In this document: positions 13,673 through 26,261 of the stretch, piece by piece
Layout: every line of letters begins with the position of its first letter
Position numbering within the stretch: position 1 is the stretch's first letter
Assembly: GCF_006345805.1 (NCBI RefSeq)
Contig: NC_043000.1
Location: forward strand, 47,306,001 to 47,370,000
From: Octopus sinensis
Lineage: Eukaryota
Reading direction: 5' to 3'
Length of the DNA stretch: 64,000 nt
Program-made: the position numbers and the translations under genes
Notes under the pieces: generated by a model
Databases searched by the model: none
Told to the model about the DNA's origin: nothing
Seen by the model: only the letters and a program-made list of their open reading frames with translations

Positions 13673-13880
13673 TATATACCTATATCATATAAAATTCGTG
13701 GGTAAGGCTGGAACAATCCGAAATAAATCCAAGGCAAATCACAAGAAATCAGGCATATGAATTAATGGTGACTTACCCTGCATTCAATATTTCAGGGTTT
13801 TGACCCACTATTCAGGAATTAGCGAATATATATATATATACCTACATATATATATATATATTATATACACCACCACACAC

Positions 13881-13953
<73 letters not shown>

Positions 13954-13958
13954 ATAAT

Positions 13959-14208
13959 AGTTATCGCCATACTAATTGGCATATTCTACTGGCTGGTACT
14001 ACGCTGCATTGAAAAGGGGCAATACCCCGAAACGCGTCTGTAGCTGCCGGTCAAGTAGTGTGGAGCGACTGACCTCCCTTGTTCGAAGGTTATATGGATA
14101 CAGTTTGTGTATGAAATAGCTAACTTATGGCGATGGCCTCATGGAGCTAATAAGCGGACAGCTTTATTCTATTTTTTATAAGAATGCCATATTAGTATGG
14201 CGATAACT
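13959..14208 (+). mobile_element. PLE-terminus-like unit bounded by 18-bp perfect inverted repeats and containing a hammerhead
   Basis: AGTTATCGCCATACTAAT (13959..13976) is the reverse complement of 14191..14208. Hammerhead at 14003..14044. (TA)n tracts lie nearby on both sides. Confidence 0.65.
14003..14044 (+). ncRNA. Minimal type I hammerhead motif with U3-A8 core variant
   Basis: GCUGCA-UUGAAAA-GGGG(CAAUA)CCCC-GAAA-CGCGUC-UGUAGC. Stem I is 6 bp, stem II is 4 bp, stem III is palindromic ACGCGU, and the cleavage triplet is GUC. Confidence 0.75.
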
Positions 14209-14283
14209 TTATTTTCCGGGAACGCTGCCGCTGTTCTCTTTTAGAGTGACTTAGTAATTTATATTCTATTATATTATATATAT

Positions 14284-14339
<56 letters not shown>

Positions 14340-15159
14340 TATTTATGTATGTATGTATGTATATCCGCATAAATATAAGTGAAGAACCCCTCAAAAACGA
14401 CAGTGTTTTCATTTCTCCTTCCAGTAACTCATAACATGTTTTACCTCATCGATTGTTCCATTTACTTCTTGCGTTTCATGTCGCTTTTCAAGTCTTCAGC
14501 TTTCGAATTTACATCGCGTGTTGATAATAACTCTCTTCCTTCCATAGTTCGAAGTCTATGCCTAATAACAATTCCTGTTTCCTTGTATATTTGAAGATTT
14601 GTCTTATAAATTCCTAAATGTTACTCTTTGATTACCTTACTTTCCTGCATTTCATTTATTGACTCTCGTGTCTTCCCTACATGTCTAACTGTATGTGTGT
14701 GTGTGTGTGTGTGGTGTGTGTGTGTGTGTGTGTGTGCGTGAGTGCGTATGCTTGTGTGTAGTTCGTTTTTATTTTTTCTCTTTCAATCGAAATCAATTTG
14801 TTTATTCTCCAACGTCTTCCACAAACCTTTTGTTATCATACACGTCATTTCGTTATCATACATATCGCTTTCTCATTCTACCATTATTATTTCCCTATCA
14901 TTTTCCCGATCTCTGCTGTTTCCTTACCTCATCCTTTACTTTTGGTTTTACTATTATTATTATTATTCTTTCAACCACTTGTCTTTTAGCTACGCTCTTA
15001 TTCTCTCTATTTCATTAAAACCTGCATTTCATTATATGCTTAGCTGACTAACTGTTTCAATTATTAATTGACTTCTGAATTTTCAATGTTCTCAGCACAG
15101 CCACTACTTTCGCTTTAAACCTTATTCAATTTATCATGGTACCTCTTTAAATTCTCCAT

Positions 15160-15694
15160 CATCATCATCATTGTACGACCGTGGTCGAAACAATGGAATT
15201 TACCATGCTACGCCAGACTTCACGGTCCATCATGGCATTACGGAGGTCCTGTTGCTGGATGCCTGTATCCCTGGAGATTACATCAGGGTAGGAGAGTGTG
15301 CGCCCTCTGGTATTGCGGGTAGATGACTTCCAGAGGAGAAGAGTAGAAATTACCTCTTTTCCAGCTCTACAACAATGTCCAGCAAACTGGACTCGCTTAC
15401 CTTTCACAAGAGATGACACAGGTGGTAGTTTCCCAAATATTTGCATTTTGGTTGGATGGCGCTTCCACGAGAGATTTTGAGCTCTCATAAGGAGGCGAGT
15501 GTAGGTTCCATCCAACCGCCTCTCAAGCTTCTTTGATAACGTCCACGTTTCTGAGCCATATAGTAGAATTGGTTCGACTGTGGCTTTGAAAATTTCAAGT
15601 TTGAAGTCTCTACTTAGATTTGATGACAAGATCTTATGCATGTCATTACAACTATCCAAAGAGCACATTAGCAAAAAAACACCATCTCGCCTGG
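15160..15694 (-). mobile_element. 5'-truncated RTE-clade LINE
   Basis: ORF 15168..15674 has RTE C-terminal motifs (FKATVEPILLYGSETWTL, QFAGHC, DREVWR). (GAT)n tail. Candidate 11-bp TSD AAATTCTCCAT at 15149..15159 and 15695..15705. Confidence 0.88.
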
Positions 15695-15987
15695 AAATTC
15701 TCCATATGGTAAACCAATACTTTTCTTTTTTACACTTGTATTCTAATCGAGCTCCATTTCTTCAAACAATCTTTCACCTTTTCTTCACCTTCACTTTCAC
15801 TTGCCGGCTTAATATTCTCCTCCCCCCCCTTTTTCTGTCAATCTTCATTAGTTTAATTATAATACCTTTTTATATTTTCTCTTTTCATTTTCGACTCTTC
15901 TAAGTAAAAATTCATATTTATAAGCATGTATTCTTATCGCTTGTAGTATGAGGGAAATCAATCCATAGAAACGAAATACGTGATCGG

Positions 15988-16021
<34 letters not shown>

Positions 16022-16299
16022 GTTTATATATATTACACGCTCTCTCTCTCTCTCTCTCTCAAATACACACATACAAATACGCACACACATATACATTAAT
16101 GAAAATATTTAGCATAGACTCATAGTATCGTCTCTCGACTAACCCGTCGTGCTGAAAAGTGAAATTTGATAGAATTACAAATTTATAAACATGATATGAT
16201 AGATGTAATGTGTGGAGATATATTTATGTTGACAGCAGCGTCAGAAAAATATAAAAACGCAGCCACCAACAAATTAATATATTTCGGTCTTCTACGGCT

Positions 16300-16441
16300 G
16301 TGCTATTCACGCTTGTCTCCCAACAGCATGGTTCCACGTTCAGTCCCCACTGCGTGACATCTTGAGCAGTTGTCCTTAACTAAATCCTCGGACGAAGCGT
16401 TGTGAGTGGATTTGATTGACGGAAACCGAAAGAAACCCGGC

Positions 16442-16487
<46 letters not shown>

Positions 16488-16735
16488 AAGTATTATGCAT
16501 ATCTATGTGCGTCTATGTGTGCATGACTTTGTATCTGTGTTTGTCCCCCACCCACTGCTTCACAGCTGGTATTCTAGCGCTTTGGCAAAAGATACCGATA
16601 AAATAAGTAACAAACTTTAAAAATGAATGAAATAACAAGTACTGATGTCCATTCATTCATCAAAATATTCTTCAATTCGGTGCCCCAGCATGGTCGCAGT
16701 CTAACGACTGAAACGAGCAGAGGATTAAAGATAAG
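16300..16735 (+). mobile_element. tRNA-derived SINE family 1, degenerate copy
   Basis: Contains CATGGTTCCACGTTCAGTCCCCACTGCGTG...TTGTGAGTGGATTTG...GTGCCCCAGCATGG...ACTGAAAC. Confidence 0.75.
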
Positions 16736-17443
16736 GCAACACTCTTTTGCGCAGTCATTCCTCTTGCTTCATTCCTCATTCGAATGATTATTTTATTAAT
16801 TATCGTTCACTTGCATCTGTAAAGTTAAGTTTAGCACACATTACTCTAACAATATTTATTCCAGCAAACACAGCTATTTATACTAAAGTGTGTTTAGTAG
16901 AATTTATGTTATACAACCACATTATCACATCGTTAAACACATATCAAGACTCATACTTTGTTTGATCATTGTACTAAAACGTGTATACTAACTTTAATAT
17001 TATACTAGCAACTTCAATTCTGTCACACATAGGATTATACATTGCCTACATCCTACCAGGTTGAATCAAACATGTACGTCCAATACTACAAAACTATTTC
17101 TGAATTAATTTGACATTTTATAGACATATTTTATTTATTATCGACGAGAAATGTATTCCTTGGTGTCCTTTACCAACCATGACATTTTTCCAACTATTTG
17201 TTTTCATATAAATAAAACATTTAAAATAATTGGTACTTCATTAGACAACATCTTATCAACTTAATATAATAATTTGTTTAAAACAATAAGTATCTTAATA
17301 TACTATTTCTCACTTTCGTCACGTATTAGACACATCCTCAAAATATGTGAACACTTCTTTTTTTATATTTTCCAAACTGAAAAGCCTTTCGTCTTTTCTC
17401 TATTTATTCGTATATATACGTATACATAATTGTGTATATACAC

Positions 17444-17494
<51 letters not shown>

Positions 17495-17605
17495 GCATTC
17501 ATACAAGCATACACACATATATCTCACTGTCTGTCTGCTATATATCTATCTTTCTATTATCTGTCAAACGGTCCGTCTCCCTCCTTCCCTCCCTCTCACT
17601 TCCTC

Positions 17606-17639
<34 letters not shown>

Positions 17640-17658
17640 ATATATATATATATACATA

Positions 17659-18505
17659 CATGGGTTGGACAAAATAATGGAAACACCTTGCATCATAGCA
17701 TCATATTTTTGAAATATTTATAAAACCGCCAAAGCTTTTTTATTGTTATGTTTTACTTTTATTTATTATCATACTTTTGTAAGTCAGAAAACCACTACAT
17801 TCAAAAACAAACGGTGCAAAACGTTTAGAGGAGTTAAAACCTACAGAATTGGTCCCTAGAACAGTAGAAGAATGTTATTTTCTCGGACGAGTCATCCTTT
17901 ACCTTATTTCCGACCACCGGCCGAGTATGCGTGTGGAGACAGCCAAACGAAGCATTTGATCCAGACTACTTTCTTCCAACAGTTAAATATGGAGGAGGAA
18001 CTATGAGGATATGGGCGGGGGCTATATCTTGGAAATCCGCCGGCCAAATGGTTTCCCTTCACGGCAGAATAAATATTCAAGACCATTTAAATATTTTGTC
18101 TGATCAAATTCATCCTATGGTAGCGGACTGTTTCCAGGCGAAAAGGCAACCTTTCGGATGATAATGCAGCAATTCACACAACTAAAGTTGTTACTGAATG
18201 GCACAAGGAACATTCTAGTGACGTTGAACATCTTAGCTGGCCACCACAGTCCCCAGATTATTGAACGTTTATGGGGAATTTTAAGGAAACAGGTAAGGAG
18301 TTGATGTCCTCTACCATCATCACTACAATAACTGGAGACTGTTTTAGCTGAAGAATGGACAAAAATTCCTTTGGAAAGAATTCAAACTTTGTAGGAGTCT
18401 ATACCTCGTAGAATTCAAGGTGTAATTACTGCCAATGCTGGTCCTACCCCATATAAATTAAATTTGTTTAAAATTTTAAGGCGTTTCCCTTATTTTGTCC
18501 AACGC

Positions 18506-18508
<3 letters not shown>
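17659..18508 (+). mobile_element. Internally deleted Tc1-like (DD34E) transposon, copy 1
   Basis: TIRs CATGGGTTGGACAAAATAATGGAAAC and GTTTCCCTTATTTTGTCCAACGCCTG, flanked by TA. Broken catalytic motifs IFSDES, VKYGGG, DNAAIH and WPPQSP. The N-terminal DNA-binding region is missing. Confidence 0.9.
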
Positions 18509-18563
<55 letters not shown>

Positions 18564-18880
18564 ATATATATACATACACACTCATACACAGTGTCGTATC
18601 ACAGTCATATATATTTTATCTGAATGCCTTTATATATGTAAACGCTTTTACCATATTACGTCGATATTGTTTGTTCCTATGAAAACAGTAAGTCCATCAA
18701 TGTCATATACCTGTCTTAACAAACCACATAAAAACGTGCTATATATGAAACGAAGATGGAAAAAGTTTGCGGATCAGCTTTCCCTGAGAATGAAATGTAT
18801 AGTCACATATAATAGAAGGCAATTTTACTACTACTACTACTACTACTACTTCTAAATGTATATATATATGTATGTATATA

Positions 18881-19220
18881 TACTACCGCAGTAGCCTGTC
18901 GTTGCCAAGCGATTTTTACAACAGAAAGCCTTTATTTTAATTTTTTATTCCATTTCACCCCCAGGTGTTCCTCGACGAAGAAGCCTCTTCATCAGGACGA
19001 ATTTCTACATTATTTGGGGCCATTTACTATTTCCCGATAAACGACGGCTTTTGTTTGTCCATGTGATGTAAATATGTAAGAATTTTTCTTACATCCTTTT
19101 CTTGAACAGCCAACGTAAAGCTGACCATATGTAAAATAGGGCTTGGCAAGTCGTAAACTAGCAAACGAAAATGTCTGTCCTTGCGATCACTCAATGGCCA
19201 TAGTGTGAAGGAGGTTCATA
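18881..19220 (-). mobile_element. Helitron helicase 3'-end remnant, copy 1
   Basis: Duplicate of 20608..20975. Confidence 0.7.
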
Positions 19221-19395
19221 AGCGATTATTACCTAATCGATGCATCCCATGCATGTTCTAATCCTTCTCTGTTTGGGTGTCTTCTGAACGCATTGCTCAT
19301 GCTTTATGAGGGTTTTTCTCCTCTGTCACCCGAAATGAAATACCCTTACACACGCACATATATATATATATATATAATATATATATATATACATA

Positions 19396-20244
19396 CATGG
19401 GTTGGACAAAATAATGGAAACACCTTGCATCATAGCATCATATTTTTGAAATATTTATAAAACGCCAAAGCTTTTTTATTGTTATGTTTTACTTTTATTT
19501 ATTATCATACTTTTGTAAGTCAGAAAACCACTACATTCAAAAACAAACGGTGCAAAACGTTTAGAGGAGTTAAAACCTACAGAATGGTCCCTAGAACAGT
19601 AGAAGAATGTTATTTTCTCGGACGAGTCATCCTTTACCTTATTTCCGACCACGGCCGAGTATGCGTGTGGAGACAGCCAAACGAAGCATTTGATCCAGAC
19701 TACTTTCTTCCAACAGTTAAATATGGAGGAGGAACTATGAGGATATGGGCGGGGGCTATATCTTGGAAATCCGCCGGCCAAATGGTTTCCCTTCACGGCA
19801 GAATAAATATTCAAGACCATTTAAATATTTTGTCTGATCAAATTCATCCTATGGTAGCGGACTGTTTCCAGGCGAAAAGGCAACCTTTCGGGATGATAAT
19901 GCAGCAATTCACACAACTAAAGTTGTTACTGAATGGCACAAGGAACATTCTAGTGACGTTGAACATCTTAGCTGGCCACCACAGTCCCCAGATTATTGAA
20001 CGTTTATGGGGCATTTTAAGGAAACAGGTAAGGAGTTGATGTCCTCTACCATCATCACTACAATAACTGGAGACTGTTTTAGCTGAAGAATGGACAAAAA
20101 TTCCTTTGGAAGGAATTCAAACTTTGTAGGAGTCTATACCTCGTAGAATTCAAGGTGTAATTACTGCCAATGCTGGTCCTACCCCATATTAAATTAAATT
20201 TGTTTAAAATTTTAAGGCGTTTCCCTTATTTTGTCCAACGCCTG
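19396..20244 (+). mobile_element. Internally deleted Tc1-like transposon, copy 2
   Basis: Near-identical to 17659..18508. ORF 19479..20039 spans part of the catalytic domain. Confidence 0.9.
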
Positions 20245-20255
20245 TATATATATAT

Positions 20256-20303
<48 letters not shown>

Positions 20304-20607
20304 CACACTCATACACAGTGTCGTATCACAGTCATATATATTTTATCTGAATGCCTTTATATATGTAAACGCTTTTACCATATTACGTCGATATTGTTTG
20401 TTCCTATGAAAACAGTAAGTCCATCAATGTCATATACCTGTCTTAACAAACCACATAAAAACGTGCTATATATGAAACGAAGATGGAAAAAGTTTGCGGA
20501 TCAGCTTTCCCTGAGAATGAAATGTATAGTCACATATAATAGAAGGCAGTTTTACTACTACTACTACTACTACTACTTCTAAATGTATATATATATGTAT
20601 GTATATA

Positions 20608-20975
20608 TACTACCGCAGTAGCCTATCGTTGCCAAGCGATTTTTACAACAGAAAGCCTTTATTTTAATTTTTTATTCCATTTCACCCCCAGGTGTTCCTC
20701 GACGAAGAAGCCTCTCCATCAGGACGAATTTCTACATTATTTGGGGCCATTTACTATTTCCCAATAAACGACGTTTTTTGTTTGTCCATGTGATGTAAAT
20801 ATGTAAGAAGTTTTCTCCCATCCTTTTCTTGAACAGCCAACGTAAAGCTGACCATATGTAAAATAGGGCTTCGCAAGTTGTAAACTAGCAAACGAAAATG
20901 TCTGTCCTTGCGATCTGTCAATGGCCATAGTGTGAAGGAGACTCATAAGCGATTATCACCTAATCGATGCATCCC
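20608..20975 (-). mobile_element. Helitron (PIF1-like helicase) 3'-end remnant, copy 2
   Basis: ORF 20737..20946 reads MAIDRSQGQTF...KPYFTYGQLYVGCSRKG...TKNVVY, matching Helitron helicase C-terminal motifs (TINKSQGQ, FSHGQLYVA.SRV, TKNVVY). Confidence 0.75.
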
Positions 20976-23900
20976 ATGCATGTTCGCGTATCAATAAGTC
21001 TAATCCTTCTCTATTTGGGTGTCTTCTGAACACATTGCTCATGCTTTATGAGGGTTTTTCTCCTCTGTCACCCGAAATGAAATACCCTTACACACGCACA
21101 TATATATATATACAAGTATATACATATACAGCGTCAGAGATATAAATACACCGAAACAAGAGTGAGAGAGTGTGTGGTAAATATATAGAGATTGAAAATC
21201 TACAATGACAAGAGCGGGAAAGACCGAGAAAGACAGCTAAATAGACTGGTACAGAGAGATGTAGATAGCCTGATGGCTTCTAAAAACATTCAATGTAGGT
21301 GATCTGCAAATTGAATAATTTCTTCTAGCAAATCATATCTTCTGACTAATAAAACAAAAACTTTTTTGAACGCAAAATTTGAAAAGGAAATCAGTTTTTC
21401 TCTAGGATGCACCGTTTTGGAGCCTTTCGGTGACATATACATATACTTACAAATATACTACATTCTCATTTATGTGGTGTGTATGTGTGCTTGTGCGCGT
21501 GCGCGTTTCTACGTATGTATGTATGTATAAAATTTAATGTACACAGTGAGTTGCTAATGGTTACTTGCATTCGAGACTTGGGTCTAGGCAGCTTTTTATA
21601 ACTTGCCTTGTGTCTCCAAACAACCTTCAAGCTGTGAGCACATGGCCTATACAGTTTATAAAACAGGACGCTGGTAAAGGAGAAATCACGAGGAAAACAA
21701 GATGGTAGAAGCATGAGGGAAAAGAGTGAATAAAAGCAGAAGAAGAAAAGAAAAGAAAATTATAGCTGTGTTCCCTTTGACCGTAAAGGTATAAGTAAGC
21801 TAGTTGTTATAGAATAATTCAACGAAAGTCAATGAGAAGGCTGCTCAATCAGATAGGATGGGATCCTCCACTTAGCCCACCAAAAATTTGTTCATATATA
21901 TGCATTTGCTGAAAATTTCAGATCTAGAATTCGGTAGTGTAGTGGAATTCTTAGATCTAAAATGTTACACATAATTTGCATATCTTAGACCCATTAACAT
22001 ATGATAGATATGGGGCTCAAACTATCCTTCACTCGATATGTATATCTGTGTGTGCGTGCGTGTGTGTGTATGCTTGTGCGTGTACACGAAAAAATACATA
22101 TCCAAAGAATAATTATATATATATCCACAGACATGCATACATGAACACATTAGCTTATGTTTGCTGTGTGCTTGTATTTCACATTTTGCCTGTGGTTTAA
22201 ATGTCTGTAACTCGGGGTGTATATTAACTACATATCATTTTATTCTTATCTCTGTGATAAGTTACCCATATTTTCTTCATGCATTATGTCAAAGTAACTC
22301 AAGATTCTGTTTACTAGGATGCATTTCGCAAAATATTCACGTATCTCCATAAAAAAATTAAGTAATATCAAATCTGCCTTGCCGCTATACTTTATTCAAT
22401 GCCCTTAATTGACATGCATGCAAGATATACTTAAGCCGGAAAAAAAACTTGCTCAGTGACACTTAAATTTTATTTCCCAAAATAGAAGTTTCTTCATTCT
22501 TATTTATGTAAATAGCCAGATTTACATCCTTAGATATATTCTGGTTAAAATTATACCTAAACCATTTCTTCTAAAAACAAATCTTTTTGGTGTCAAAACT
22601 AATCTACAGGCGCAAGAATACAAATACACACGAAATTAAGAATCGCCATTTTCATTAAAAGAAAATAACAATCAAATAAAAATGGAAACAGTCCAAAATT
22701 TCCATTCGCTCTACATCTTAAATATTACTATTATTTCTTTTATCAATCAGCACCTATCATGTCTATTCCTGAATCCTTCATTTGCCATAGAATTGCCAGT
22801 CCCTGATGAAATCGTTGGAGGCTAAGCGTGATGTGCTAAGCGCAAAAATACGTATATACAACCATATATACATGCATATACACATATGTGTGTTTGTGTG
22901 TATAATCTATGCATTATGTATGCATGCATGAATATATGTATGTATTTGTATATACATACTCTCTCTCTTCGTCCCTTTCTCTCTCTCCCTTCTCTTTCTG
23001 TATACATGCAGACATACATACACATAATTACTATATAAGTAGCAGCTGATTTCGTCGTAGCATGCGGCCGCCAGTAGTTGCATGCTACTGTTGAACCTCA
23101 AAAAGGCCGAAAAGTGCGCATTTAACAAAGCCACCACTGCTGTTCACTGATATTCCTCAATTGCCGATATATTTCCGTGCTTTTTAACAATATACGCCTA
23201 AAGGAGACGCTTTCTTGAGAGGAATACCTCAAATTAGTAGGTTTCAACGATGTATCTATTTTAAGTATGATGCATCGATTGCTATTCTGCACTAATGACT
23301 GCTTCTGTCACAAATAATTAATTTTATTCAGCCTGCCGGCTAATTAGGGTACCGGTTGCTTTGTAATCACTGTCTTCGCAGGCAGTTATCAGTAGATACT
23401 TGCCAGAGATGAAGTCTTAAGAAGCAGAAATACAAATTTTGAAATTCCACCGTCGCTAGAGATGCTGCTGATATAGTTTAGTTTTCTAATATTATACCTG
23501 TATAAGAGATGCTTTCTCGAGATGCAGTAGAGTAGGAGGCGTTTAACAACTGACCTACTTTAAGTATGATTACAAATTAGGTGACAGGAAATTACGGCGG
23601 GAAAATATTTGGATAGGTGTTTGAACATTTGAGAGTAAATGAATTAAGCACTGAACTGGAAAGAAATATGCATAAAGGAGAATTTGCCGATAACTCGGGA
23701 CAAAATCCATATCAGCGTAAAATATGTGGCAGGATTTGACTCTCAAAAGCTGTTGTAAAATGTCATTTATGATCACCCGACATCATCATTAAATTCCCAA
23801 TGCCAAAATTCTCTGAACAAAAAACCCCCAAAACAAATGCTCTTTAGTGTTACTTTTATGAAAAAGTGTGTAAATCTGGAGGTCTAAAGAGACATTTAAA

Positions 23901-24110
23901 CATGCACAAAGATCCCAACAGATTAACAGATTCAGAGCGTGTCTTAACACGTTTGCAATATTTGTGAGAAATTGTTTGAGAGGGTCTTCGAGCTCAAAGG
24001 CCATATCTGTTCTAACTTGGCGTGCTAACATTATATTTGTGCTTCAAGAGGTCAAGCTTTGATTTGGAGAATACTGCCTTCAGATGCATGTGTGTGTGTG
24101 TACTCACACA

Positions 24111-24310
24111 CAAGGGGGTGCTGACAAGTTCGTGGCGTTGAGATAAAGACAATACAAGCGAATCAGTTAATTATGATCTTATTCAACTCATTCCTCTCTC
24201 GGATTCGCGCACTTTTTGCAGCGGGTCTTCAGTTTTCCAAAGTACTATAAGAGAACTCGGAACGCCCAGCCTGCAACCAAGCCTTTCGCGATAACCTTAA
24301 AGCCAGAAAC
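24111..24310 (-). mobile_element. Mariner-like terminal fragment
   Basis: Begins with the TIR-like CAAGGGGGTGCTGACAAGTTC followed by typical subterminal sequence. Confidence 0.55.
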
Positions 24311-24490
24311 TAGATGTTTGTTAATGACGGAAATTGCGAACCTGTCCATGGTGCTAAAATTATTTTGATAATCACTAACCGGCTGATGAGGTTAACACTC
24401 GGCTTATGTTAAGCCACTACTGAAGTTTATTCCGAGGTCATATCGCTGCTGTCTGTGATTACCGGATATTTTATTTTGGCTACTTCTGTT

Positions 24491-24528
<38 letters not shown>

Positions 24529-24529
<1 letters not shown>

Positions 24530-24726
24530 TCCATGTTGATTCGCTAGCCTCTGCACGCATTTTTTTTCTCTCCTTGTTTCTTTCTGTGTATCTTTCTGTT
24601 GAAGAGCGTAGGCTCGAAACGTAAAAGACTTGTTTTATTTATATTCCTGAGCGCCATACTAATACAATTGCTTGTTTGTATTCCACCTGCCTTCGTCTTT
24701 TGTTTATTTTCATAAAGCTTCCCGTT
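24529..24726 (+). mobile_element. PLE-like terminal repeat fragment embedded in (TA)n
   Basis: Contains the hammerhead-like GAAGAGCGTAGGCTCGAAACGT. Its end (about 24667..24726) recurs inverted at 26130..26188. Confidence 0.65.
24591..24628 (+). ncRNA. Hammerhead-like motif with non-canonical CUGUUGA core
   Basis: UCUUU-CUGUUGA-A-GAGC(GUAG)GCUC-GAAA-CGUA-AAAGA. All stems can form, but A6 is replaced by U. Confidence 0.55.
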
Positions 24727-25196
24727 ATATATATATATATATATATAGCTTCTACCATCTTGTTTTCCTCGTGATTTCTCCTTTACCAGCGTCCTGTTTT
24801 ATAAACTGTATAGGCCATGTGCTCACAGCTTGAAGGTTGTTTGGAGACACAAGGCAAGTTATAAAAAGCTGCCTAGACCCAAGTCTCGAATGCAAGTAAC
24901 CATTAGCAACTCACTGTGTACATTAAATTTTATACATACATACATACATACGTAGAAACGCGCACGCGCACAAGCACACATACACACCACATAAATGAGA
25001 ATGTAGTATATTTGTAAGTATATGTATATGTCACCGAAAGGCTCCAAAACGGTGCATCCTACAGAAAAACTGATTTCCTTTTCAAATTTTGCGTTCAAAA
25101 AAGTTTTTGTTTTATTAGTCAGAAGATATGATTTGCTAGAATAAATTATTCAATTTGCAGATCACCTACATTGAATGTTTTTAGAAGCCATCAGGC

Positions 25197-25256
<60 letters not shown>

Positions 25257-25525
25257 TATATATGTATATTTCACTACGATAATACAAATATCATGGTCAT
25301 TTCTGTTTGTTGGTAGTAGTTATAGGGTTAAATATTAACTTTAACATTGCAGTTTATAACTCTTTTAAACAGATAAACTGAAAGGCACGCTTCAGCTTTA
25401 CCTATGCAAAGGATTTTTCAACCCACTATTTACATGCTATTACTTATTGTATTATGTATGCTTCGAGATTCATCATTCACCACCAAAATTATTTCACGTT
25501 CTTCGAAAATTTATGAAATATGTAT

Positions 25526-25586
<61 letters not shown>

Positions 25587-26087
25587 ATATATATATATCT
25601 ATATATATATATAAATATTAGGGAATAAATCCAAATTTACAGGGAAAAATCAGATTTAGGATTGAATCCAATTTTATAGTAAAATATAATATAATATTAA
25701 TTAGAGACAAAACCACTATTATGCAAATCAAACTTAATTTCGAAACGTACGTCCGTAGGTGACTTAAAATTGTATGATAGATTGCCGTCATTTCATTCTC
25801 TCTTACCTGTCTGTGTTTGCCTTTCAAGTGCTGTGTTTTTACTGAGATCTCCCTTTTAGTAGAAAGAATAGCTATAACTCTTTGACTGCTATTTCTAAAT
25901 TCGGTGTGTGGTGAGGCAATTCGTTGCTAAACCCTTAATTGCTTAGTATATATATATATATATATACATATAAATACATACATATATATATATATATTAT
26001 ATATATATATATATAATATATATATATATATATAATATATATATATATGGCATGCTAGATTGATTTTTGGATAAACTCTCAGAATTT

Positions 26088-26123
<36 letters not shown>

Positions 26124-26194
26124 ATATATAACGGGAAGCTTTATGAAAATAAACAAAAGACGAAGGCAGGTGGAATACAAACAAACAATATGTG

Positions 26195-26261
<67 letters not shown>

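Larger units (their letters stand above)
17630..21110. repeat. Tandem segmental duplication, unit about 1.74 kb, two copies
   Basis: 17630..19376 and 19377..21110 are colinear, and the junctions fall in (TA)n tracts. Confidence 0.92.
21265..25199. repeat. Inverted duplication: arm 21265..21712 and arm 24748..25199
   Basis: The arms are reverse complements, differing by two substitutions and one ATGT unit. The right arm is bracketed by (TA)n. Confidence 0.93.

Noticed and set aside
18960-19010. CTGATGA on the minus strand as another hammerhead
   Set aside because: No stem II closed by GAAA, and the duplicate copy reads CTGATGG.
19479-20039. 186-aa ORF as a functional transposase
   Set aside because: It lacks the DNA-binding domain, the catalytic motifs are split across frames, and there are downstream stops.
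25735-25765. GAAACGTACGTC as a hammerhead half
   Set aside because: No upstream CUGANGA-like core or stem II.
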